From Patescibacteria group bacterium (GTDB lineage: Bacteria > Patescibacteriota > Patescibacteriia > UBA10025 > JAHIVO01), in the NCBI GenBank assembly GCA_041660605.1, contig JBAZWB010000001.1, positions 814,503 through 878,502 of the forward strand: a stretch of 64,000 bases of DNA, written 5' to 3'. Below the pieces are notes generated by a model. The model did no database searches. It was not told the DNA's origin and was given only the letters and a program-made list of their open reading frames with translations. Position numbers and translations under genes: made by a program. This document shows positions 8,519 to 18,297 of the stretch, piece by piece; the first letter of the stretch is position 1; every line of letters starts with the position of its first letter.

Positions 8519-11500
8519 ATGAAAACCAGATCTTTCAGCCCTAAAAAAATATTTCCAAAATCTCGTCTAAGATTTTTAAACATAGTCTTGGCGTTTTTAA
8601 TTACTTTTTTACCCTTTTACCCCGCTGCTTCAGCTCTGGCTGATGAGCCAACCACTTCAGCCCCCATAAACTGCACGGATATTTTAAATAACGGAACGGC
8701 GCTGCAGGGCATTCCGGAGGGTTGCTGGGCACAGGTTGCTGTAAACGAAAACTTTTGCACCAATTTATTCAGCCCAGATAATAATGTAATCGTTGGCCTG
8801 GACTCTATGAGAGCATATTTCACTCAAAGCTGCCTTAACCTTAATGCCTCCCCGACTATTACAACCACTGACCCATTATCAAATGTTGCGACAAATGATC
8901 CAAACTCAACCAATCCACCCGCAATAACACCTGACTCGCAAAATATTACCCCACCCACCCCTGCCGACCAGAACCAAGTAGTCCTGGACACCACCACTCC
9001 AGTCAACGACGGATCGGCAAATCCCCAAACTATCAGCCAGCCAGTTGATCAAATACCCCCTGACCAGCTGGCTTTTGATACTTCTCCTGCTTTAACCCCA
9101 CCGCCATCAGACCCCTCAACAGGAACCCAGACACCACCAGCAGATCAGGCCACTGATCCAAATACTCCTCCACCTCCGCCAGATGGCATAGTAAACGCTA
9201 CCCAGCAGGCCAGCTCAAATACAACCGCCACTAGCCAAAGCAATACTGGCACAAACGATGCCAGCAATAATAACGGTGATGTAAATATAAATACCGGCAA
9301 TGCGACTGCCGGCGTGGACAATCAAAATGTAATTAATACAAACATTGTAGAAAATCAACCGCCTGCTCCGGCTAACGCAGATGTCAATTCAGGTGCTACC
9401 GTAAATCAATTGGGTGATCTCGTATCCAACATCACAACACCGGGGACCGACAATAGCCCGATGGCGCCGGATGGCCAAATACCGACAGACACTCCACCAA
9501 CTGCTGACAGCCAAAATAATACAAATCAGAATTCCGGCAACAATCCGGGTGCTGATAATTTCGCCGGCACCACACAGGATGCTACTGTGGCAAACACTGT
9601 CGGCGTCAACGCTAATACTGGAAACAATACTGCCAATAACAATGACGGGGACGCCACTGTTCAGGCTGGCGATGCTTCGGCTTTAGCAAATGTGGTAAAT
9701 ATTATTAACACGAATGTCGTCAGCGGCAATGCAGCGCAGGTAGTTATCGATGTGGCAGATCAATTCGTGGGCAATATAAATCTCCTGGATATATTAATGA
9801 GCCTGCTCGGGCAGGGAGGCGGCAATAATTCAATTTCATCTTCAACCGCCCAGCAAGCTTCCCTGCAAAATGATATTAATGCCTCTTCCAATACCGGCGG
9901 CAACACAACAAATAATAATGGCGGCGATGGAACAGTAGTTACTGGAAATGCCAATTCTGCCGTCAACTTATTTAATATCGTTAATACCACTATCGAGGGT
10001 TCAAATGTCCTGATTTCATTTGTAAATATATTCGGGAACTGGATTGGTAATTTGATTGTGCCTGGCCAGGGTATATTACCGGCTGGCCAGCAGACAGCTT
10101 CAGTGCAATCCAACTCCCAGCAAACCGCGACAGTCTCTAATACCGTGGTGACAGATGCTTCCACCGGATCCAATACTGCCAGCAATAATAACGGCGACAG
10201 CTCTGTATCTACCGGACAAGCTATTACCCTGGCGGCGATTTATAACTCCCTTAATAACAATGTCACGGGTGATAATATGCTTCTAATAATGCCGAATATA
10301 TTCGGAACTTGGAACGGAACAATTATAAATAATCCTTTGGGTGGCCCAATAAATCCGAACCAGCCTAATGGTTATGGTTTTTATTTTACTAATGGTGCCA
10401 GCGGACTTTTTGGCGTCAGCAGCCAAAACACGCAGGATGCGACCATCAATAATAATGTTTATGTCACCGCCGTGACCGGCAATAACAGCGCCTCAGGCAA
10501 TAGCGGAGATGGCACAGTCATCTCCGGCCAGGCGGCAGCCCTGGCAAACATCATCAATATAGCCAATACGCACTTAATGGGTTCTAACTGGGCATTTACG
10601 GTAATCAATCTTTTCGGCAATTGGCAGGGCAATCTGGTTTATGCTTATCCCGATTTGGGTATAACCAATAGCAATGGCGACCACACTATCCCTGACACAG
10701 TCACCGCTGGCGACCAGGTTACCTATACTCTGCATTATCAAAACACCGGATATGCGGCAGCTGATCAGATAGCCATTCAAGATACTTTTCCGCAGCAGAC
10801 AGTCTTAATTTCAACTTCCGACGGTGGCCAAGCCAATAATGGCGTAATTACCTGGGATGCGGCTTCGCTCGCCGCGCAAAGCGACGTTCAGCAGGTTTCA
10901 TTTACCGTGCAGGTTCCGAAAGATTTAGTAAAGGAAAAGCAAACCACCACTATTACTAATCATGTTTCTATTTTTACCCAGACAAATGAGGTTAATCTTG
11001 ATAATAACGTTTCCGGCAGTTCGCTGACTGTTGTGGCCGCTGCCTCGCCTCAGACAAATCCGACTGAACCCACTACAAACAATCCTGCGGCTAAACCAAA
11101 ACTAGAACTAACCAAAACAAATGATGCGAGTGCGCCACTTAATCCCGGACAATCTGTTACCTATACAATCGTTGCCTCTTCGGTTGGCGATGCCCCAATT
11201 AAAAATTTGACGCTGAACGACGAACTGAAAAATACTCAGGGCAATGTCTCATTTTCCAAAATATGGAATTTTGACAATGTCCCGGTCGGAAAAAATATCA
11301 CGGTCACTTATTCTTTAACAATTCCGCAAGATGAGCAAGTCGGCGTATTTGATAATACTGTAGTGGCTACGGCAGACGGAATAAAATCTATCAGCGCCAG
11401 TTCTTCGGTTACCGTGCAGTTGCCGGATGCTAATTCGCCTCAAATACAATTGCCAGGGAATGAATTGGGTCCGACTACTGTACCGCCCCAACCAGTCCAA

Positions 11501-12088
11501 ACACCGGTCACCCATCTTATCGTCCAAAAAACCAACAACACTTCCGGACCTGTCAGCGCCGGTACGACTGTCAATTACAAAGTCACCGTCGCTAATGACG
11601 GAGATACCACGGTGAAAAATGTCAGCGCCAAGGATATTCTGACATCTGAAAATTTTCCCAATGTGGACTTGCAAAATAAAAATTGGCAAATGGGAGACAT
11701 TCAACCGGGCGAAATCGTCACGATCGCATATGATGTCGCGTATTCTCCTGTTACTCCGGCTGGCGTGTATGTCAATAATGTTGACCTGACCGGCACTGCC
11801 TCGGATAACAGCAAAGTTGACTATAAGGCATCCAGCATTATTAAAATAAAAAATTCAGTTGTCCCTACTCCAGCCTCAACGCCAAAAATTCTTGGAGCCT
11901 CAACCGATACAGGAAATCCACCTCCGCCGAGCAGCCCAAAACTGGTTATGGTACCTGACCAATCTGCCTCCGGAATAAAATCTCTGCTGCCTTGGTGGTT
12001 AATCGCGATTTCAGTAATTATGCTGTTAACTCTGTACTACATATCATATAATCGCGAACAGAAAAAAACGATAAAAACTGCCCAATAA
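8519..12088 (+). CDS. Large membrane-anchored surface protein: Pro-rich linker, about 5 NTGxN repeats, three DUF11-like Ig domains, C-terminal TM
   Basis: Likely start MKTRSF at 8519, since the upstream ATG lies in the hairpin. Signal peptide, GDQVTYTLHYQNTG-type domains, KILGAST and TM with basic tail. Confidence 0.85.
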   Translation: MKTRSFSPKKIFPKSRLRFLNIVLAFLITFLPFYPAASALADEPTTSAPINCTDILNNGTALQGIPEGCWAQVAVNENFCTNLFSPDNNVIVGLDSMRAYFTQSCLNLNASPTITTTDPLSNVATNDPNSTNPPAITPDSQNITPPTPADQNQVVLDTTTPVNDGSANPQTISQPVDQIPPDQLAFDTSPALTPPPSDPSTGTQTPPADQATDPNTPPPPPDGIVNATQQASSNTTATSQSNTGTNDASNNNGDVNINTGNATAGVDNQNVINTNIVENQPPAPANADVNSGATVNQLGDLVSNITTPGTDNSPMAPDGQIPTDTPPTADSQNNTNQNSGNNPGADNFAGTTQDATVANTVGVNANTGNNTANNNDGDATVQAGDASALANVVNIINTNVVSGNAAQVVIDVADQFVGNINLLDILMSLLGQGGGNNSISSSTAQQASLQNDINASSNTGGNTTNNNGGDGTVVTGNANSAVNLFNIVNTTIEGSNVLISFVNIFGNWIGNLIVPGQGILPAGQQTASVQSNSQQTATVSNTVVTDASTGSNTASNNNGDSSVSTGQAITLAAIYNSLNNNVTGDNMLLIMPNIFGTWNGTIINNPLGGPINPNQPNGYGFYFTNGASGLFGVSSQNTQDATINNNVYVTAVTGNNSASGNSGDGTVISGQAAALANIINIANTHLMGSNWAFTVINLFGNWQGNLVYAYPDLGITNSNGDHTIPDTVTAGDQVTYTLHYQNTGYAAADQIAIQDTFPQQTVLISTSDGGQANNGVITWDAASLAAQSDVQQVSFTVQVPKDLVKEKQTTTITNHVSIFTQTNEVNLDNNVSGSSLTVVAAASPQTNPTEPTTNNPAAKPKLELTKTNDASAPLNPGQSVTYTIVASSVGDAPIKNLTLNDELKNTQGNVSFSKIWNFDNVPVGKNITVTYSLTIPQDEQVGVFDNTVVATADGIKSISASSSVTVQLPDANSPQIQLPGNELGPTTVPPQPVQTPVTHLIVQKTNNTSGPVSAGTTVNYKVTVANDGDTTVKNVSAKDILTSENFPNVDLQNKNWQMGDIQPGEIVTIAYDVAYSPVTPAGVYVNNVDLTGTASDNSKVDYKASSIIKIKNSVVPTPASTPKILGASTDTGNPPPPSSPKLVMVPDQSASGIKSLLPWWLIAISVIMLLTLYYISYNREQKKTIKTAQ

Positions 12089-12426
12089 ATATACGTTAGC
12101 ATTGACGACCGGTTAATTAAAGGGAAAATTAACATTTTCAAACCGGCAAAACGGATTGGATCCTGATATCTTTTGCAGGCTCCAGGTTACAGGCTTCATG
12201 CAAAATTAATCTAAATTGTTTAATGTAAGATTAAATATCGGGTACGCAGGGCAATATAGGCCAGGCCTCTCGGATTAAATTCCACATAACATCTTTCTTC
12301 ACTTTTATCTTTATGCTCATTTATATAAATGGATAATGAAAATATACCTGATAATCAATAAATAAAGTTATCCACAGCATATTTAATGTAATAAACCCCC
12401 ATATAAATGCACCTTATTAAAAACAT

Positions 12427-12505
12427 TGACAACAAAAATGTAAAAAAGTAAGATAAATAAACAAATATAAATACGCTTGACAAAAAAACAAAGATATATT
12501 AAGAT
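12427..12505 (+). promoter_or_regulatory. Tandem sigma70-type promoters
   Basis: TTGACA-N17-TAAGAT at 12427 and again at 12477. Confidence 0.7.
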
Positions 12506-12571
12506 AAGCCATTCAAATAGCACCTTTAGGCAGGGATCGACGTACCTTATACAATACATTCGGGGGAATGT

Positions 12572-12741
12572 AAAAAGCCAATATTGAGTTATAAATCGGA
12601 GGAAACTCGCAGAAAACACAAGTAAAAATAAAAAAGTCAGCTAAAATCAATTTAGAAATTCCATTTTTTGAAGCTAATAATTAGCTGATTTTGAACTTCT
12701 CTGTAAGATTTTTAAAATTTGTAACTCGATATTGGCTTTTT
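12572..12741 (+). ncRNA. Putative structured 5' leader RNA (long hairpin)
   Basis: 25-nt arms 12572-12596 and 12717-12741 are complementary except for two G.U pairs; inner stem 12632-12644 with 12681-12692. Confidence 0.5.
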
Positions 12742-12804
12742 GTTTGCAAAAATTACCAACTTTTTAAATATTTATTAAAAAACTAAATTAACCTCCAAAA
12801 ACAT

Positions 12805-15800
12805 ATGAAAATCAATCTTTTACCGAAAAAACGCGAAATCAAAAAAATTACTTACAAAACTCTGCATTTCCTGACTTTATCCGCCCTGGTCTTTAATATG
12901 ACCATGGTCGGCGTTTTTATTACTCCAAAAGCCGCCAATGCCACAGTTACGCCGCCAACTCCGGTAGCCAACCCGGTACTGACACAAAGTTGTGGACTGG
13001 ATATTGGCCTTTTGGTTGATACTTCAGGGAGTATCGATAGCGGTGAAATGACTAAAATGAAGACCGCCTTAACCAGTTTTGCCAATGCATTTGTCGGCAC
13101 ACCGGCAGTTTTCAGCCTTTCGTCATTTGCCAATGAATCATATTTAAGACGAGCATTTTCCAGAACTCCTTCACAAATTGCTGCAGATATCAGTTCAGAC
13201 ATCCCGTCAGATGGCAATGGCTGGACCAACTGGGATTCAGGGTTAGCTCGCAGTTTTGCCACCTTTGATCCCCGACCGGCAAAACCCAATTTAATTGTTA
13301 TCGCGACAGACGGCAGTCCCAACACTTACGGTTATTTCCCAGATCCGACTGTCGAGCCGACTCATAATCCGGCAAATGCTGATGAATTAGCAGCCGGCCT
13401 TAATCATGCGATTGAACGCGCTAATACAATCAAAACTGCCGGAACAAGAGTTGTCGTACTGGGAATTGGCGATGACGAATCTGATCCATCCACGCCTGCG
13501 CAAAAAGTTGATAAGATGAAACAGATCAGCGGACCAAATGTCGCCTACACTACGGCCGATATAACCACTTCCACGGATGTAATCAAAGTTGAAAACTTCG
13601 ATGGCATTGGCGCGGCACTGAGTGAATTCGTCAACCAACTCTGCGGCGGAAAAATTTTAGTGCAAAAACAATTCGACACAAACGGCGATGGCATTGCTGA
13701 AATTACCGGAAGTTCAGCAGATGCAGCGCTTGCTGGTTATACTTTTGATGTTAATGGCTCCCCTTCAAATCCGACCCCTCAAGTTACCGCCAATACCGGT
13801 TCGTTATCGTTTGATGTTTTGAATGGCACCTACAGCGTTACTGAGACTAACTTGCCGGCCAATACGGAAATAGTAAACGGCAAATGCGTGAATGGCACGC
13901 AAAATGTCGGTACCTTCTCATTGGCGACAAAAACCGTTTCAGGATTGACCATGGGAACTGATGATAATATTTCCTGCACATTTCTGAACAAAAATGTATT
14001 TGGAAAACTAAAAGTTATAAAACAAGTTTCTGGCAGCACTGAACCAGTCTCCAGCTGGAGCATGTCAGTAAAAAAAGGCGGCGTGAATGTCGCCGGCAGC
14101 CCGCAACCCGGCAGCACGACTGGCACAGAATATAATCTTGAACCAGGCACTTATACTGTCGGAGAAACCGGACCTGGCGGATACGCGGCTTCCTTCTCAG
14201 CTAGCTGTCCAAGTGGAACAGCAACAGTTACTGCAGGTCAAACAACAACCTGCACAGTGACCAACACCCGCCAAACCGGAACCCTGATTGTGAAGAAAGT
14301 TGTCTCAGGCAGCACTGAACCGTCTGCCAGCTGGTCAATGCATGTGAAACAGGGAGACCAGGAAGTTTCAGGCAGTCCGGCCGCGGGCACTTCAGCCGGC
14401 ACTTCATATACTTTACCGACTGGAACATATAATATTTCTGAAACCGGCGGTCCGAGCAATTACACGGCCAGCTTTTCTGCTGACTGCGTCAATGGTTCAG
14501 CCACCGTTACTGCCGGCCAAACGGTTACCTGCACGGTAACCAACACGCGGGATACCGGGACAATTGAACTGAAAAAAATCTGGTCAGGTCCTGCCGGTCA
14601 GACAACGCTGAACATCGGCACTACCGCCGGTGCGAGCAATGTTGATACACAGCTGACAGGCGCGGCCGGAGCGCCACCGCTGACAACCGGACAGAACACG
14701 GTTAATACCGGCACTTACTATGTTTCAGAAACCGGCGGTTTATCAAACTACAATGCCGCACTCGTCTGCACTGACAATGGCTCACCAATTACTGTTGGCG
14801 TGAATAATTCCGTTAATGTTACCAAGGGCCATGCGGTTGTCTGCACGTTTACCAACACCCGCCAAACAGGGACACTGATTGTGAAGAAAGTTGTCTCCGG
14901 CAGCACTGAACCGTCTGCCAGCTGGTCAATGCATGTCAAACAAAGCGACCAGGAAGTTTCCGGCAGTCCGGCTGCAGGCACTTCCACCGGCACTTCATAT
15001 ACTTTGCCAACTGGAACATATAATGTTTCAGAAACCGGCGGTCCGAGCAATTTCACGGCCAGCTTCTCTGCTGACTGCGTCAATGGCACGGCCACCGTCA
15101 CTGCCGGGCAGACAGTTACCTGCACGGTAACTAATACCCGGGATACCGGCCACATTACATTTAATAAAATTGTCAGCGGCGGCTCTGCCCATGATAATGA
15201 TTTTACCTTTAGTGTTTACGGGCAAGATTACCACGATGGCGATATAGCTACATTACCGACCGGATCATATGCGCTGACAGAATCAGGCCCAATTGGCTAT
15301 ACTTTATCCGCAGCCAGCGGTGTTTGCAGCTTTAGCCCAAGTGCAGATAATAACGTAACTCTGACTGTCACCAAAGATGGCGGTACCTGCAACATCACCA
15401 ATACTCGCGATACCGGCACTATCACCGTGCATAAGTTTTTACAGCTGCCCGGCGAAGATCCAATCTACGATCCGGAAAACTGGTCATGGACATTATCAAG
15501 CCAGCACGGGAGCGTATCAGGCTTGGCTGGTGGAGATACAAAAACCGTACTGACCATCGACGAATATACAGTGGCTGAGGATACTTCAAATTTTCCTGAA
15601 AATAATTTCGCCACCACCTGGACTTGCAATGCTGTCGGTGATGAGAATACTCCGTTTGCTAACGGCACCGGCACTTCATTCAATTTCACCTTAACCCATC
15701 CGGGCCAGAACGTCGTCTGCACTTTCACCAATGTCCGCGAAACAACGGAGATTACCTTTGATAAAGTTGTTGTCGGCGGCAATGAGGCAGACAGTGCCTG

Positions 15801-17835
15801 GGCCTTTGCCATTGACGGCCAGGGAGCATATCACGAAGGCGATGTAGCAAGCTTACCGACAAACGAGGAATTTGATATTACCGAATCTTCACAGTTTGAT
15901 AATTTATACACTTTAACAGGTGCTTCAGGAATTTGCTCACTGGAAGATGGCCATTTAATTCTGAACACGGATTTTAATGAAGATTCCAGGATTCTTCAAA
16001 GTGAACTGCCCACCTGCATTGTGGAAAATACCCGCAATACCGGCAGCTTAACAGCCCATAAATTTATGGATGCTGACGGCAATCTGGAGACAACCGGAGA
16101 TCAAACCCCGGTTGCCGGCTGGACTATCGAACTCTGGCAGGGTGATAATAAAATTGACACCCAAGTAACCGGAGAAGACGGCAGCTACACCTGGAATATT
16201 CTGCCGACTGGAAATTATGTGGTGAAGGAAATATTCGACTCTGCAGATTATCAGGCTCTCACTGCCACTCAATTTCCGGCTGAAGTTACGACTAACGAAA
16301 ATGCAGAGGTAACTTTTTCCAATTTCAAGAAAATTGATTTAACCGCTTCCAAGTTAATGGACGCCGACGGTTCTGCAAAAACCACTCAAGACCGCTCAAC
16401 AGTTGCGGGTTGGACCATTGAACTCTGGCAAGGTGAGAATCTTCTAGGCTCACAGACCACCAATGAAGAGGGCTTTGTAGTTTTTGAAAACCTCGGGCCT
16501 GGTTCATATATAGTCAAAGAAGTATTCGATTCCAGTAAATACACCGCGCTGACTGAAACCGAAATGCAGGTTACGGCCGTCTCAGGTCAGGACCAAACAG
16601 TTTCATTCGTCAACTTTACCAACGAACCGGCCATTACTCTGGTAAAATCTATTACCAATTCCCATCTGATACCCGGAGGATTCATCAATTACCAGCTTTC
16701 CTACACCAATACCGGTAATTTAGACTTAACAAATGTTAAGCTCGTTGATGATTATCCTCAGCAATATCAGACAATAACTGATCCGGGAACTGGCATAGAC
16801 AATGGCGATACTCTTACCTGGATGATCGGCAATCTGGCAATCGGCGAGACTGGTACGGTGACTTATACAACTTCGATAAAATCCGATGTGCCTGGGAATA
16901 CCAATATCATCAACCTGGCCACCATCACATCAGACCAAACCGATCCCCTGACTGCTACAGCTACTGCCCTTGTTCCGCTTCCGCCGGTAGAGGGCCAGCC
17001 AGTGCTGACTATTACCAAGGCTGTAAATAAACTTTTTGTGAATCCCGGCAATCACGCTATCTACACGGTTACTGTTGCCAATTCTGGCGATGCTGCCGCT
17101 ATTAATGCTGAACTCTCAGACCTACTACCCGCTGGATTTACTTTCACAGAATTTGGTACTAGTACCCACACTTGGGCGCTGGGTGATCTGGCAGCCGGAG
17201 AAACTAAAATAATTACATATGAAGTGACTATCGGTACTGGCGTTACTGCCGGCAATTATGAAAACCTGGCCACTGTGCACGCAGATAACCACGGCAGCCT
17301 CCAGGCCAAAGTAAATCTGGAAGTCAGGGTGCCTAAAGTTCTAGCCGAGGAAGCAGAGCCATTGCTGACCATAGAAAAAACAGCGGACAAGGTATTCATC
17401 AACCAGGGAGATACTGTCACCTATACTATCAAGGTTACCAACCAGGGTGATGAGGACGCTGAGGCAGTAGCGCTGAACGTAAAAACTGAGGATTTCTTAC
17501 CGGCTGGATTCACTTTCGCTGACGGTAAAGTTTCCAAAATCTGGGAGCTTGGCGATATCCGCCCAGGCGAGACAAGAGTAATCACCTATACGGCTAAATC
17601 CGACAAGACTTTACTCCCCGGCAATTACGAGAACTTGGCTTCCGCCTGGGCTGATAATCATGACAAGGTTACAGATTCAGTAAAAGTTGAAGTGCGCAAA
17701 ATTAAAGTACTCGGCGAAGCCTTGCCGACTACCGGCGGTTCCCTGATGTTCTATCTGTATCTGCTGGCAATTGGCTTGATAATCGCTTTTGTCGGTTGGG
17801 TGCTGAAACTGACATTATCAACAAGCCGCGAGTAA
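12805..17835 (+). CDS. vWA-domain adhesin with SpaA/prealbumin-like repeats, DUF11 domains and LPTTG sorting signal
   Basis: MIDAS motif DTSGS...TNW...TDG; repeated Ig-like units ending CTVTNTR; VLGEALPTTG, TM and short tail. Confidence 0.88.
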   Translation: MKINLLPKKREIKKITYKTLHFLTLSALVFNMTMVGVFITPKAANATVTPPTPVANPVLTQSCGLDIGLLVDTSGSIDSGEMTKMKTALTSFANAFVGTPAVFSLSSFANESYLRRAFSRTPSQIAADISSDIPSDGNGWTNWDSGLARSFATFDPRPAKPNLIVIATDGSPNTYGYFPDPTVEPTHNPANADELAAGLNHAIERANTIKTAGTRVVVLGIGDDESDPSTPAQKVDKMKQISGPNVAYTTADITTSTDVIKVENFDGIGAALSEFVNQLCGGKILVQKQFDTNGDGIAEITGSSADAALAGYTFDVNGSPSNPTPQVTANTGSLSFDVLNGTYSVTETNLPANTEIVNGKCVNGTQNVGTFSLATKTVSGLTMGTDDNISCTFLNKNVFGKLKVIKQVSGSTEPVSSWSMSVKKGGVNVAGSPQPGSTTGTEYNLEPGTYTVGETGPGGYAASFSASCPSGTATVTAGQTTTCTVTNTRQTGTLIVKKVVSGSTEPSASWSMHVKQGDQEVSGSPAAGTSAGTSYTLPTGTYNISETGGPSNYTASFSADCVNGSATVTAGQTVTCTVTNTRDTGTIELKKIWSGPAGQTTLNIGTTAGASNVDTQLTGAAGAPPLTTGQNTVNTGTYYVSETGGLSNYNAALVCTDNGSPITVGVNNSVNVTKGHAVVCTFTNTRQTGTLIVKKVVSGSTEPSASWSMHVKQSDQEVSGSPAAGTSTGTSYTLPTGTYNVSETGGPSNFTASFSADCVNGTATVTAGQTVTCTVTNTRDTGHITFNKIVSGGSAHDNDFTFSVYGQDYHDGDIATLPTGSYALTESGPIGYTLSAASGVCSFSPSADNNVTLTVTKDGGTCNITNTRDTGTITVHKFLQLPGEDPIYDPENWSWTLSSQHGSVSGLAGGDTKTVLTIDEYTVAEDTSNFPENNFATTWTCNAVGDENTPFANGTGTSFNFTLTHPGQNVVCTFTNVRETTEITFDKVVVGGNEADSAWAFAIDGQGAYHEGDVASLPTNEEFDITESSQFDNLYTLTGASGICSLEDGHLILNTDFNEDSRILQSELPTCIVENTRNTGSLTAHKFMDADGNLETTGDQTPVAGWTIELWQGDNKIDTQVTGEDGSYTWNILPTGNYVVKEIFDSADYQALTATQFPAEVTTNENAEVTFSNFKKIDLTASKLMDADGSAKTTQDRSTVAGWTIELWQGENLLGSQTTNEEGFVVFENLGPGSYIVKEVFDSSKYTALTETEMQVTAVSGQDQTVSFVNFTNEPAITLVKSITNSHLIPGGFINYQLSYTNTGNLDLTNVKLVDDYPQQYQTITDPGTGIDNGDTLTWMIGNLAIGETGTVTYTTSIKSDVPGNTNIINLATITSDQTDPLTATATALVPLPPVEGQPVLTITKAVNKLFVNPGNHAIYTVTVANSGDAAAINAELSDLLPAGFTFTEFGTSTHTWALGDLAAGETKIITYEVTIGTGVTAGNYENLATVHADNHGSLQAKVNLEVRVPKVLAEEAEPLLTIEKTADKVFINQGDTVTYTIKVTNQGDEDAEAVALNVKTEDFLPAGFTFADGKVSKIWELGDIRPGETRVITYTAKSDKTLLPGNYENLASAWADNHDKVTDSVKVEVRKIKVLGEALPTTGGSLMFYLYLLAIGLIIAFVGWVLKLTLSTSRE
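14260..15149 (+). repeat. Intragenic ~300-bp direct repeat (14260-14558 and 14851-15149)
   Basis: Near-identical DNA encoding TNTRQTGTLIVKKVVSGSTEPSASWSMHVKQ...TNTRDTG; offset 591 nt. Confidence 0.9.
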
Positions 17836-17860
17836 TCAATTTACTTCGGCGAGAGAAATA

Positions 17861-17896
17861 CAAAAAGACCCTGCGGTTTTACCCGGGGTCTTTTTG
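17861..17896 (+). terminator. Intrinsic terminator (duplicated at 23514-23549)
   Basis: CAAAAAGACCCTG...CGGGGTCTTTTTG. Confidence 0.85.
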
Positions 17897-17944
17897 GTTT
17901 ATCGCTTTGTCACATCGAGCCCCTCGACTATGCTCAGGGTAACC

Positions 17945-18126
17945 ACCTCCCCCTTAGCAAAGGTTATTGATTTAGTCTTGCCTTTATGTGGCCCCTCCTT
18001 AGTAGGAGGGGTGGACACCTCCCCAGTAAACTCAAGTGGTATTACTGGCGTCTTTCTCCCCTCCTTGGAAAGGAGGGGAATTGTCTCAGCACTAGTAATA
18101 GCAGAATGATAGTGATGAGGGGTGGT
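17945..18126. repeat. ~180-nt palindromic element, copy A (no nuclease gene)
   Basis: Colinear with 24000-24182; hairpins CCCCTCCT-tagt-AGGAGGGG and TCCCCTCCTT-gga-AAGGAGGGGA. Confidence 0.9.
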
Positions 18127-18149
18127 TAGAATAACTACCACCCCCCCCC

Positions 18150-18237
18150 TTGACAGACCCCCTAGTATTAGGCTAAGGTATGTGATTAACAAGTGCATAA
18201 CTTTTGATTGACAAATATAGCCTATTTTTACTATAAT
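18150..18237 (+). promoter_or_regulatory. Tandem sigma70-type promoters
   Basis: TTGACA at 18150 (N18-TAAGGT) and TTGACA-N18-TATAAT at 18208. Confidence 0.65.
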
Positions 18238-18297
18238 TTCAGCACCAAAACAAAAAATTTATCAACCGAAACCCTAATAAATAAGGAGAAAACAACT

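Noticed and set aside
12138-12320. Minus-strand ~60-codon frame interrupted by one TAA (possible pseudogene)
   Set aside because: Too short, with no recognisable motif; cannot be distinguished from chance.
14260-15149. Diversity-generating retroelement TR/VR pair
   Set aside because: Mismatches are mostly third-position and not adenine-specific, both copies are in-frame domains, and no reverse transcriptase is in the window.
18141-18149. C9 tract as a phase-variation switch
   Set aside because: It lies upstream of the -35 box, not in the spacer or CDS, and is partly one arm of a GGGGTGGT/ACCACCCC hairpin; no read data to show variation.
17894-18198. ORFs over the palindromic element (17894-18109, 17899-18198, 23964-24206) and the N-terminal extension of DUF559
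   Set aside because: These are translations of the hairpin repeat (PLLSKEG/PSLNKEG); conservation follows base-pairing rather than codons.
18208-18297. TTG start at 18208 for the giant adhesin
   Set aside because: The TTG is part of a TTGACA -35 box; ATG 18298 has an SD and gives a proper signal peptide.
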